Source: an uncultured Acidobacteriota bacterium (GTDB lineage Bacteria > Acidobacteriota > Thermoanaerobaculia > Multivoradales > JAHEKO01). From it: a stretch of DNA of 64,000 bases. Every line of letters starts with the position of its first letter. Position 1 is the stretch's first letter. The position numbers and the translations under genes are program-made. The notes under the pieces are model-generated. The model ran no database searches. It worked only from the letters and a program-made list of their open reading frames with translations, and had not been told where the DNA came from. Where the stretch lies: positions 256,001 to 320,000 of the forward strand of contig CAVQNG010000001.1 of the NCBI GenBank assembly GCA_963713825.1, read 5' to 3'. This document shows, one piece after another, positions 30,641 through 39,817 of this stretch.

Positions 30641-30661
30641 GTCCGGTGATCGGCAGGGCCC

Positions 30662-31162
30662 ATGCAGACGCTGCTAACCCCGTGGAGGTTTGCCTACATT
30701 TCTGAGACTTCCTTGGAACCCGAGGGTTGTTTCTTTTGTGCTGCCGCAAAGCAGCCGGACGACCCGCAGCGTCTTGTCGTCGCGGTGGAGCGACATCATT
30801 TGGTGATGCTCAATCGCTATCCCTACACGAACGGTCATCTGATGGTTGCTCCCCTTCTGCACCTGCCCAATCCGGCGGTCGTCGGTGAGGAGGCTCGAGC
30901 CGAGTTTTGGCCGCTGGTCCTGAGGTGCCAAAGGGTACTTCAGCGAGCCTATGACCCGGACGGATTCAATATGGGGATGAATCTGGGGCGTGCAGGCGGT
31001 GCCGGGGTGCCCGAGCACTTCCATTTCCATGTCGTGCCCCGCTGGAGTGGCGACACGAATTTCATGAGTGTTGTAGCTGAAACGCGTTTGCTACCGGAGG
31101 AACCGGAGACGATCCGTCAGAAATTGCTGCCTCTGTTCGAAGAAGAGGAGGGAGTAGATTGA
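30662..31162 (+). CDS. HIT family hydrolase (Ap4A phosphorylase-like)
   Basis: PWRFAYI, CFFC, NRYPYTNGHLMV, GAG, HFHFHVVPRW. Confidence 0.9.
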   Translation: MQTLLTPWRFAYISETSLEPEGCFFCAAAKQPDDPQRLVVAVERHHLVMLNRYPYTNGHLMVAPLLHLPNPAVVGEEARAEFWPLVLRCQRVLQRAYDPDGFNMGMNLGRAGGAGVPEHFHFHVVPRWSGDTNFMSVVAETRLLPEEPETIRQKLLPLFEEEEGVD

Positions 31163-31575
31163 ACGAGAAAGACCCGGTTGCCGGATCTCCCGCCCTCGGT
31201 GAAGCAGATCTTCCCAAGGTTTTCGGCACCCTGGCAGTAGCCTGGTTGGTGCCTGGTGCAGGGCACTTTCTGCTCGGTAGGCGAGGCCGCGGCGTGGCCT
31301 TCTTCCTACTCGTGCTGGCGGCTGTGGTGACGGGAATTCTCTTGACGGGAAACCTGTATCGGGTCCTGCCGGACCAACCACTGACGATTCTGGCGACTCT
31401 CGGTTCCATGGGAATGGGTGCGCCCTATTTCTTTCTTCGGTTCTACCTCGGATACCAGGGTGACCTGACGTCGGTAGGCTATGAGTACGGCACGGCCTTT
31501 CTCCTCACGGCGGGATTGATGAACCTCTTGTTGGTCATGGATGCCTGGGACATTGCTCGCGGAAGAAAGGAATAA
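31159..31575 (+). CDS. Conserved hypothetical membrane protein (DUF6677-like)
   Basis: AWLVPGAGH...YEYGTAF...AGLMNLL...DAWD; hydrophobic. Confidence 0.7.
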   Translation: MNEKDPVAGSPALGEADLPKVFGTLAVAWLVPGAGHFLLGRRGRGVAFFLLVLAAVVTGILLTGNLYRVLPDQPLTILATLGSMGMGAPYFFLRFYLGYQGDLTSVGYEYGTAFLLTAGLMNLLLVMDAWDIARGRKE

Positions 31576-31589
31576 GGGGTAACGCCTCT

Positions 31590-31787
31590 ATGCCGATCAG
31601 TCATTTCTTTCTCATGACGCTCTACGCCCTGATCGTGAGCCTGTTTTTCGCGATTCTGTGGCGGCGCAATCGCCGCGATCAGGTCAGACTTCTGCTGCAA
31701 ATGTTCCTGGGCCTCGTTGGGGGTGCGTTGCTTCTGGCCTGGCTCATGTATCCGTTTCCTTCCGGCCCACCTGCACCGATACCTTGA
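31590..31787 (+). CDS. Small two-TM hypothetical protein
   Basis: 65 aa; two hydrophobic helices separated by an Arg-rich loop; SD-like AAGGGG. Confidence 0.65.
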   Translation: MPISHFFLMTLYALIVSLFFAILWRRNRRDQVRLLLQMFLGLVGGALLLAWLMYPFPSGPPAPIP

Positions 31788-31828
31788 GCCACGGCCCGAC
31801 CTCGGTAGAGGGGCGTATCGAAGAGCCG

Positions 31829-32965
31829 ATGGATTTTCGCTCCCTTTTGATGGTCGCCGGCGAAGCGTCTGGCGACATGCACGCGGCGCGGCTGGCGAGT
31901 GAGATGCGCCGGCTCCGGCCCGACCTCCGGGTCTTCGGGATGGGGGGGGCGGAGTTGAGGGCAGTGGGAATGGAAGTGTTGGCGGACAGCGCTGATATTT
32001 CTGTGGTCGGGATCAGTGAAGCCATCAAGGTGCTACCTCGGGCGCGCGAGATCTTCCATCACCTGGTGACGGAAGTGGAGGGCCGGGATAGCGGGGCCGC
32101 CGTCCTGGTCGACTCTCCCGATTTCAACTTGAGGCTGGCCAAGGCTCTGAAGCAGAGCGGCAGAAGGGTCATCTACTACATCAGTCCCCAAGTTTGGGCT
32201 TGGCGCAAGGGACGCGTGCGGCTGATCTCGAAGGTTGTCGACAAAATGATCGTGGTCTTGCCCTTCGAGGTCGATTTCTACCGCAGGTACGGGATCGAGG
32301 TCACCTATGTGGGGCACCCGCTGGTGGATGAAGTTCCCAGATTGGATCACGTTTGGGATACCGAGCAAGCTCCCTCAGGACCATTCACCATATCCCTGCT
32401 GCCAGGTTCCAGGCGTAGTGAGGTGGATTCCATCCTCCCGACGCTCTTACAGGCCGCCCGCGAATTGGGACGACACCTGGAGATCCGATTGCAGTTGATC
32501 CAGGCCAGCAGCCTGGAGCGAAGCTATCTGCAGCCTTTTGTCGAGGCCAGTGGCTTGGAAGTGGAGTTCGTCGACGAGGATCGGTTCGAAGCGCTGGCAG
32601 CTTCCCATTTGGCCCTTTGCGCTTCGGGTACCGCAACCCTCGAAGTGGGATTGATCGGAACTCCGATGATCGTGGTCTACCGGGTTCGTCCGTGGACTTA
32701 TCTTCTCGGTCGGTTCTTGGTCCGCCTGCCCAACGTAAGCCTGGTCAACCTCGTTCTGGAGGACCGGGTCGTCCAAGAGTTGATTCAGGGACAAGCCCGA
32801 CCGGCTGCTATTTCTGAAGAAGCAGTACGCCTCCTGACCAATCAGGGTAGGATTCGGCGGATGAGATCTTCCCTCCGGGAGCTGTGGGTTCGTCTTGGCG
32901 AATCGGGCGCTAGCCGCCGAGCCGCGGAAGAAGTCGTTGAATATCTCGATGAGATAGCTCGTTGA
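31829..32965 (+). CDS. lpxB: Lipid-A-disaccharide synthase
   Basis: AGEASGDMH, DSPDFN, SPQVWAWR, VGHPL, LPGSR, SGTATLE. Confidence 0.96.
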   Translation: MDFRSLLMVAGEASGDMHAARLASEMRRLRPDLRVFGMGGAELRAVGMEVLADSADISVVGISEAIKVLPRAREIFHHLVTEVEGRDSGAAVLVDSPDFNLRLAKALKQSGRRVIYYISPQVWAWRKGRVRLISKVVDKMIVVLPFEVDFYRRYGIEVTYVGHPLVDEVPRLDHVWDTEQAPSGPFTISLLPGSRRSEVDSILPTLLQAARELGRHLEIRLQLIQASSLERSYLQPFVEASGLEVEFVDEDRFEALAASHLALCASGTATLEVGLIGTPMIVVYRVRPWTYLLGRFLVRLPNVSLVNLVLEDRVVQELIQGQARPAAISEEAVRLLTNQGRIRRMRSSLRELWVRLGESGASRRAAEEVVEYLDEIAR

Positions 32966-32987
32966 GGCGACCCAAGAAGGACAACGA

Positions 32988-34865
32988 TTGAAGCTCCTGA
33001 CCTTTCTACTGCGCTACTTTCGCCACTATGTCGGCTGGGCTGTGCTCGCCGCGGTCGCCGCGCTGTTGTACGGAATTCTGACAGCGGGCATCGTCGCCTT
33101 GATCGAGCCGATCTTTGGCGAGGTGTTGCTGGCCGGGGATAGCTCTCCCGTTGGTCTGTCAACTCCCGATCTGCCAGCGCCGGGCGATACGGATGGCGAA
33201 GCGACCTCCAGGCTCCAACAACTGGCATCTCACTTCCAACTCAAAGACCGGCTAGACGACGGTTACCAGAGCGTCAAGCGGCGTTTCGGAGTCGATGAGA
33301 CGAACGTTGTCTACTTTCTGCCCTTGCTGGTGGTTGGGATCTTTTTGTCGCGAAGTCTCGCGAACTTCATCAGTGGGTACTCGTTCCGGCGCATCGGCTT
33401 GGGAATGACTAATGATCTGCGGAATGACCTTTACCGGAGGGTCCTGACGCAGTCGAGCCGGTTCCACGCTGCACATCCCTCGGGAGAGCTGATCAGCCGT
33501 GTCGTCAATGACATTGGGGTCATGCAGAGCGCTGTCTCCTATCAAGTCGTGGACTTGGTGCAGCAAAGTCTGACTCTCGTCTTTCTGGTCGCGCTGTTGT
33601 TGTCGACCGATTTCCGGCTCGCCATAACGTGTCTGGTGCTGACTCCCATATTCCTGTTCCCCATCGTCAGGTTCGGCTCCAGCATGCGAAAGACCAGCTA
33701 CCGAAGCCAGGAACGGATGGCGGATCTGGCAAATCTGGTCGGAGAAGGAGTGAGGGGACACCGGGTAGTCAAGGCCTTTGGAATGGAGGAGTTCGAGATC
33801 GGGAAGTTCCGCCAGGCCACCAGGCGTCACCTGAGGGTCAACCTGTGGGCTCAAATGCTCTCGACTCTCTCCAGTCCCGTAGTCGAGTCGATGGGAGTGA
33901 TTGGCGTCGCGGTACTGCTGATCTACGCCGGACTCCAAATCCGGGCCGGAAGCCTCTCTGCACCCTTGTTCGTAGCGTTCCTCATAAACCTCTTCTGGAT
34001 GTACGAGCCGATTCGCAAGTTGAACAAGGTCAACCTCGTGCTGCAGCAGTCGCTGGCTGCTGCTCACCGAGTCCATGACGTAATCGAGGTTCCGAACGAA
34101 ATCGTGGAGGCACCCGACGCTGGCACGCTGGAGACTGTGACCGAGGGCGTCAGTTTCGAGAGTGTCTCCTTCGCCTATGAAGAGCAGCCAGTGCTGCAGG
34201 ATGTCAGCCTGAGTCTTCGAAAAGGGGAAGTCGTGGCCTTGGTTGGACCCTCCGGGGCGGGAAAGTCGACTCTGGTCAACTTGCTGCCACGGTTCTTCGA
34301 TCCCAATTCCGGGGTCATCGAGATCGATGGTATCGACATCCGGAAGCTGACGCTGAAGAGTTTGCGCTCTCTCATCGGTCTTGTAACCCAGGATACGGTT
34401 CTGTTCGATGATTCGATTCGGGCCAACATCGGTTACGGCAGGAGCGATCTGCCGCTCGAGCAGATTCGAGAAGCTGCCGCCGCCGCCTACGCGGACGACT
34501 TCATCATGCAGACCCCGGCTGGTTACGAAACCGGCATCGGTGAGGCAGGCGTGCACCTCTCGGGTGGCCAAAGGCAGCGTCTGGCAATCGCCCGCGCTCT
34601 GCTGAAGAATGCGCCGATTCTCATTTTGGACGAGGCGACATCGCAGCTCGACTCGGAGTCGGAGGCACTGGTGCAGAAGGCTCTATCGAATCTCATGGCC
34701 GGTCGCACGACTCTGGTGATCGCTCATCGCTTGTCGACTGTCATGAATGCGGATCGAATCGTCGTGATGGACGGTGGCAAGATCGTGGAGCAGGGTGATC
34801 ATGAGCATCTACTGGCCGTCGGTGGGCTCTATCGGCGACTCTATGACCTGCAATTCGAAGTCTGA
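32988..34865 (+). CDS. msbA: MsbA-like lipid A ABC exporter
   Basis: TMD-NBD fusion, GPSGAGKST, LSGGQRQR, DEATS, IAHRLST; directly after lpxB. Confidence 0.85.
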   Translation: MKLLTFLLRYFRHYVGWAVLAAVAALLYGILTAGIVALIEPIFGEVLLAGDSSPVGLSTPDLPAPGDTDGEATSRLQQLASHFQLKDRLDDGYQSVKRRFGVDETNVVYFLPLLVVGIFLSRSLANFISGYSFRRIGLGMTNDLRNDLYRRVLTQSSRFHAAHPSGELISRVVNDIGVMQSAVSYQVVDLVQQSLTLVFLVALLLSTDFRLAITCLVLTPIFLFPIVRFGSSMRKTSYRSQERMADLANLVGEGVRGHRVVKAFGMEEFEIGKFRQATRRHLRVNLWAQMLSTLSSPVVESMGVIGVAVLLIYAGLQIRAGSLSAPLFVAFLINLFWMYEPIRKLNKVNLVLQQSLAAAHRVHDVIEVPNEIVEAPDAGTLETVTEGVSFESVSFAYEEQPVLQDVSLSLRKGEVVALVGPSGAGKSTLVNLLPRFFDPNSGVIEIDGIDIRKLTLKSLRSLIGLVTQDTVLFDDSIRANIGYGRSDLPLEQIREAAAAAYADDFIMQTPAGYETGIGEAGVHLSGGQRQRLAIARALLKNAPILILDEATSQLDSESEALVQKALSNLMAGRTTLVIAHRLSTVMNADRIVVMDGGKIVEQGDHEHLLAVGGLYRRLYDLQFEV

Positions 34866-34876
34866 GGATTGATCTC

Positions 34877-35764
34877 ATGCGGAGCATGACGGGGTTCAGT
34901 CGGGCCTCTGGGGAGAATCAGCGATTGCGGCTGGAGGTGTCCATCCGGACTGTGAACCATCGTCACCTCGACATCACGGTCCGAGTTCCAGAGGAAATTC
35001 GCGAGTTCGAAAGTCCAGTTCGCAAAGCGGTGGCGGAAAAACTCACCCGAGGGCGAGTAGAAGTCCGGATCGATGTTCTCTACCTCGGTGGCGAAGTGCC
35101 GCAGGTAGAGATCGAGGACGATGTCGTGGCAGCCTTGCGACAGAGGATCGACGGGCTCTCTGCGAAGGGCTGGATAACGTCGGAGTTGAGCTTCATGGAT
35201 CTCATGAAGTTCCCAGGTGCGGTGCGGGCTTCGTCGGGTTCGGTGGAGTTCGGATCGGAGGACGCCGAGCTCTTGATCGAGACGGTCGGCAGGGCGGCAG
35301 AGGGAGTTGTGGTGGCCCGGCAGACGGAGGGAAACAGTCTCAAAGTCGTTCTCGAGGGGTTGGCGGCAGATCTGAGCGCAGTGGTGACTGCAGTAGAGGG
35401 AACCTGGGAGGATGTGACGGCAGACCTGCCCGAAAAGCTACGAGCCAGGGTGGAGGAGCTGCTGCAAGCCCCAACGCCGGCCCTGGACGAAAATCGGTTG
35501 GCGCAGGAGGTGGCCATACTGGTAGAACGCGGTGATGTTCGCGAGGAGCTGGACCGCCTGCGTTCGCATCTCGAGCATCTCCGTGAGCTGGTCGGACAAG
35601 AAGGCCAGGCGGTGGGAAAGCGTCTGGACTTTCTCGCTCAAGAGATCTTTCGAGAGCTCTCGACTTTGGCAGCGAAGTTCCGCGACCCTGCGACCGTTCA
35701 ACGGGTCATCGATGGCAAGTTGGTGTGCGAGCAGATTCGAGAACAGGTGCAGAACATCGAGTAG
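34877..35764 (+). CDS. yicC: YicC/YloC family endoribonuclease
   Basis: MRSMTGF, VNHRHLD, EELDRLRSH, GKRLDF, REQVQNIE. Confidence 0.93.
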   Translation: MRSMTGFSRASGENQRLRLEVSIRTVNHRHLDITVRVPEEIREFESPVRKAVAEKLTRGRVEVRIDVLYLGGEVPQVEIEDDVVAALRQRIDGLSAKGWITSELSFMDLMKFPGAVRASSGSVEFGSEDAELLIETVGRAAEGVVVARQTEGNSLKVVLEGLAADLSAVVTAVEGTWEDVTADLPEKLRARVEELLQAPTPALDENRLAQEVAILVERGDVREELDRLRSHLEHLRELVGQEGQAVGKRLDFLAQEIFRELSTLAAKFRDPATVQRVIDGKLVCEQIREQVQNIE

Positions 35765-35801
35765 GCTCGGCGCCACCAAGCGATAGGTGTTTCGATTTCA
35801 A

Positions 35802-36443
35802 ATGCGAAAAGGCGAGCTGTTTCTGTTGACATCGCCGTCGGGGACGGGCAAGGACACCCTCATCGATCGGGTCCTCGAGGACGAGATCGGTAGGAACGGA
35901 GCCCTGTGGCATTCGGTTAGCCACACCACCCGGCGGCCGCGAGGCAACGAAGTGGACGGTGAGCACTACCACTTCGTAGATCGTGCAACGTTCGAGGCGA
36001 TGGCCGCGAATGGAGAGTTCCTGGAGTTTGCCGAGTACAACGCGAACCTCTACGGCAGCTCGGTCCAAGAGGTAATGCCCAGGTTGGAGAGGGGGATGGA
36101 CGTCATCCTGGACATCGATGTCCAGGGCGCCGAGCAGATCCTGGAAACGATGCCGCAGGCCCACGGGATCCTGGTGCTGCCACCCTCCTACGAGACCCTC
36201 CGGGACCGGCTGCAGGGGAGAGGTCAGGAAGACGCTCTGCAGATTGCCGAACGACTGGCTGTATCTGTTTGGGAAATAGAGCGTTACGAGCTTTTTGGGT
36301 ATGCTATTATCAACGATGACTTGGACCTCGCCGTTTTGGCCCTGACGGCGATCATCCTGGAAAAGCGCCTGCGGCGAGACAAGCAGAGAGAGCGTATCGA
36401 GACTATCCTTCAGGGTTTTCGCTCGGCTGTTCAGGGCGAATAG
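35802..36443 (+). CDS. gmk: Guanylate kinase
   Basis: SPSGTGKDT, SHTTRRPR, YHFV, LDIDVQG. Confidence 0.95.
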   Translation: MRKGELFLLTSPSGTGKDTLIDRVLEDEIGRNGALWHSVSHTTRRPRGNEVDGEHYHFVDRATFEAMAANGEFLEFAEYNANLYGSSVQEVMPRLERGMDVILDIDVQGAEQILETMPQAHGILVLPPSYETLRDRLQGRGQEDALQIAERLAVSVWEIERYELFGYAIINDDLDLAVLALTAIILEKRLRRDKQRERIETILQGFRSAVQGE

Positions 36444-36491
36444 TCTTTCTGTGCATCGTCGTCAGTTCGGCTGTAAACGTCGAGGAGAGTT

Positions 36492-36743
36492 GTGAATATG
36501 GATCGAATGCCTGAGAGAATCGATAGCAAATTCCGGTTTGTGCTGCTGGCTGCTGAACGCGCCGAGCAGATGCTACGCGGTGCCCGACCGAAACTGGAGA
36601 TACCGGACAAGAAGGCTACCCGGATCGCGATGCACGAAATCGCCAATGATCTGGTGGAATGGGACTTCGGTCCGGCTCCTGAGCCCGTGATCGAAGAAGA
36701 GGAATCGGCTGAAGAAGCAGCGCCAGCTGAAGAGACGGAGTAG
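36492..36743 (+). CDS. rpoZ: RNA polymerase omega subunit
   Basis: SKFRFVLLAAERAEQ...IAMHEI; gmk-rpoZ-coaBC order. Confidence 0.92.
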   Translation: MNMDRMPERIDSKFRFVLLAAERAEQMLRGARPKLEIPDKKATRIAMHEIANDLVEWDFGPAPEPVIEEEESAEEAAPAEETE

Positions 36744-36834
36744 CAGCCTGTCTGAATCGACCCGAGCCGCTGGCCGCCAACTGGAGTGGGTTGGCTGCCG
36801 GTAGTTGGCGGTCGACCCCGACGAAAGGACGGAA

Positions 36835-38061
36835 ATGCCTGAGTCCCTGAACGTGCTTCTTGGAGTCAGTGGGGGCATCGCCGCATTCAAAGTTCCAGAG
36901 ATCGTGCGCAGCCTGCGGCTCAAGGGCCACGCGGTCCGCTGCGCCATGACCCACAGCGCTGCCGCCTTCGTGACACCGTTGACCTTGGAGGTTCTGACCG
37001 AGGCGCCGGTCTATCGCGAGGAGTACCTCGAGGCCAACAACAGCGGTGAGGAGCTCCACATCAGCGCTGCCCGTTGGGCCGACGTGATGTGCGTGGCTCC
37101 GGCCACCTGTAACACGCTGTCTCGGTTGGCACTAGGACTGGCTGACGATTTCCTGGCCACGACCTGCCTAGCATTCACCGGTCGACTCCTCGTCGCACCC
37201 GCCATGACAAGTGAGATGTGGGAGAAGTCGATCATTCAGGCTCATGTGGCCACCCTCCGAGAGCGGGGCGTCGAATTTGTCGGGCCGGTGGTGGGGCCGC
37301 TGGCGACTGGGGAAATCGGCATGGGGCGGATGGCCGAACCCGAAGAGATCGTTGCCGCAGTCGAAATGACGCCCAGGAGGGGAGACCTCGCGGGTAGGAC
37401 AGTGCTTGTAACGGCGGGCCCGACACAGGAACCGCTGGATCCCGTCCGATTTCTTTCCAACCGATCCAGCGGGAAGATGGGCTTCAGCTTGGCTGCAGAG
37501 GCGGCGAGCCGTGGGGCGAGGACTCTGTTGGTGTCGGGACCCGTTGCTCTGCCGACGCCCCGCGGCGTCGAGCGGTTCGATGTTGCCACGGCAGCCGAGA
37601 TGGCCGAGATGGTTGAACGGCTGGCACCGCAGGCCGAAGTCGTGATCATGGCGGCGGCTGTCGCCGACTTCAAGCCTCGAGAGGTCTTCGAAACGAAGCT
37701 CAAGAAGGGGGCCGGGCCACCGGATCTGAAGCTCGAGAGCACCCAGGATATCCTGAGCGCGCTTGGTGAGACGGCGCCGAACGCCCTGCGGATTGGCTTT
37801 GCCGCCGAGACCGGTGACCTCGAAGGCGAGGCGAAGCGAAAGCTGGATGAGAAGGGGGCGCACTGGATCATCGCCAACGATGTCTCGCGCAGTGATATCG
37901 GCTTCGAAGTCGACCTCAACGAGGTCACGGTCTATCGACGCGATCAGCCCCCGAAAACGATCCCTCGGCAGGCCAAGCGGCAGATCGCGAGACAGCTTTT
38001 CGATCTGGTGAGGCAGGAGTTCGAAGAGCTCGAAAGGTGGAAGGCCAGCCAGGGTGAATGA
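36835..38061 (+). CDS. coaBC: Phosphopantothenoylcysteine decarboxylase/ligase
   Basis: GVSGGIAAFK, APAM, TAGPTQE..DPVRFLSNRSSGKMG, AAVADF, GFAAET. Confidence 0.96.
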   Translation: MPESLNVLLGVSGGIAAFKVPEIVRSLRLKGHAVRCAMTHSAAAFVTPLTLEVLTEAPVYREEYLEANNSGEELHISAARWADVMCVAPATCNTLSRLALGLADDFLATTCLAFTGRLLVAPAMTSEMWEKSIIQAHVATLRERGVEFVGPVVGPLATGEIGMGRMAEPEEIVAAVEMTPRRGDLAGRTVLVTAGPTQEPLDPVRFLSNRSSGKMGFSLAAEAASRGARTLLVSGPVALPTPRGVERFDVATAAEMAEMVERLAPQAEVVIMAAAVADFKPREVFETKLKKGAGPPDLKLESTQDILSALGETAPNALRIGFAAETGDLEGEAKRKLDEKGAHWIIANDVSRSDIGFEVDLNEVTVYRRDQPPKTIPRQAKRQIARQLFDLVRQEFEELERWKASQGE

Positions 38062-38755
38062 GCTCTTGGAGTACCTGCAGGAGATCGGCTTCGAAGATCT
38101 CTATCTGCCTAGAGCTGCAAGCGATTTGGCGACAGAGGACAAGGCGGCGGAGCGAGTGGCGTCGCCACCGCGGTCGGAGGGCGCTCTCGAGCGCCAGGCT
38201 CGCCTCGTGGGTCTCGAGGAGGAGGCGAGAGATTGCCAGCTCTGCAATCTGTGTCAGGGACGGCAAAAGGTCGTGTTTGGCAGCGGGGATCCGGACGCCG
38301 ACTTGATGTTCATCGGTGAAGGACCGGGTGCCGAGGAGGATCGGCAGGGACTGCCATTCGTAGGTCGTGCTGGGGAATTACTGACGAAGATCATCGAAGC
38401 CATCGGCTTGCAGCGCGAAGGTGTCTATATTGCCAATATCGTCAAGTGTCGCCCACCAGGAAACAGGGATCCAAAGCCCGATGAGGTGGCGCAGTGTCGG
38501 GCCTATCTGGAGCAGCAGATCGATCTGATCGAGCCCAAGATCATCGTTCTGTTGGGTCGCGTAGCGGCTCAGACCATGCTGGGCAACGACCTCACACTGG
38601 GAAGAATGAGGGATCAATGGCATCGCGTCCGGGAAATCGAGACGAGAGTGACCTACCATCCCGCAGCGCTGCTGCGCAATGCGTCATTCAAGCGACCGAC
38701 TTGGGAAGACATGCAGGTGGTACGTGACCGGCTCGCAGAAGTGTCGGCCAGATGA
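38054..38755 (+). CDS. Uracil-DNA glycosylase family 4 (Fe-S)
   Basis: CQLCNLC, GEGPG, PFVGRAG, KCRPP, YHPAA. Confidence 0.93.
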   Translation: MNELLEYLQEIGFEDLYLPRAASDLATEDKAAERVASPPRSEGALERQARLVGLEEEARDCQLCNLCQGRQKVVFGSGDPDADLMFIGEGPGAEEDRQGLPFVGRAGELLTKIIEAIGLQREGVYIANIVKCRPPGNRDPKPDEVAQCRAYLEQQIDLIEPKIIVLLGRVAAQTMLGNDLTLGRMRDQWHRVREIETRVTYHPAALLRNASFKRPTWEDMQVVRDRLAEVSAR

Positions 38756-38819
38756 ACCGCTTTCCGAGCAGGTGTCCAAACCGTCGCCGAGTGGCAAGCG
38801 GTTGTTACAATAGCCGATC

Positions 38820-39806
38820 ATGACCGTCGATTCGCTTCCGGCCTCGATAGAGGTCGCAGATCCAGAAGGCTACGAGCCCGAGGTGAGCATCATCGTTCCT
38901 GTGCTCAACGAGGCGGGGACGGTGTTGGAGCTGTCGCGCCGTGTAGCCGAAGTCATGGAGCGAATCGGGCGTCGGTTCGAGATCCTCTTCGTGGACGACG
39001 GGTCCTCCGATGAGACAAGACAGCGGGTCAAAGAGGCGCACGAGATCGACGATCGAGTCAAGCTCGTCAGCCTGCGACGAAATTTCGGCAAAGCCGCGGC
39101 CCTGTGCGCCGGCTTCGACCATTCGAGTGGCCAGATCCTCATCACCATGGATGGTGACCTTCAAGACGAGCCGGATGAGATTCCGCGCTTCCTCGAGAAG
39201 CTCGAGAGCGAGAACCTCGACCTGGTCTCTGGCTGGAAGCAACAGCGGCAGGATCCGGCATCGAAGCGCTATCCCTCGCGGCTGTTCAATTGGGTGACGA
39301 GAAAGCTGGCCAGTGTCGATCTGCACGACTTCAACTGTGGTTTCAAGGCCTATCGACGGGAGGTTCTGGACGAGATCGCCCTCTACGGCGAGTTGCACCG
39401 TTACATTCCCGTCCTGGCCAGCCGCCGCGGCTTCACTCTCGGCGAGCTGTCCGTGGTGCATCATCCCAGGGAGCATGGAACCAGCAAATACGGTTGGGAT
39501 CGTTACTACAAGGGACTTCTGGACCTGATTACGGTGCTGTTCATCACGAAGTACACTCGCCGGCCACTTCATCTGTTCGGCATGATCGGCCTGAGCTCAC
39601 TCTTTGTGGGTTTCGGAATCAATCTCTACCTGGCAATTCTCTGGCTGTCGGGTCAGACTTTGTCGAACCGGCCTTTACTGCTGCTGGGGATCCTCCTCAT
39701 GCTGCTCGGAATTCAGGTGCTCACGACTGGCCTGATCGGCGAGATGATCACGTTCAAGAACTTCAACCGCACCGACACCTACTCGGTCAAGGAGCGAGTG
39801 GAGTAG
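38820..39806 (+). CDS. Glycosyltransferase family 2 (ArnC/GtrB-like polyprenol-phosphate glycosyltransferase)
   Basis: VDDGS, RNFGK, MDGDLQD, DFNCGFKAYR, two C-terminal TM helices. Confidence 0.9.
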   Translation: MTVDSLPASIEVADPEGYEPEVSIIVPVLNEAGTVLELSRRVAEVMERIGRRFEILFVDDGSSDETRQRVKEAHEIDDRVKLVSLRRNFGKAAALCAGFDHSSGQILITMDGDLQDEPDEIPRFLEKLESENLDLVSGWKQQRQDPASKRYPSRLFNWVTRKLASVDLHDFNCGFKAYRREVLDEIALYGELHRYIPVLASRRGFTLGELSVVHHPREHGTSKYGWDRYYKGLLDLITVLFITKYTRRPLHLFGMIGLSSLFVGFGINLYLAILWLSGQTLSNRPLLLLGILLMLLGIQVLTTGLIGEMITFKNFNRTDTYSVKERVE

Positions 39807-39817
39807 GGAAGCTCGCA

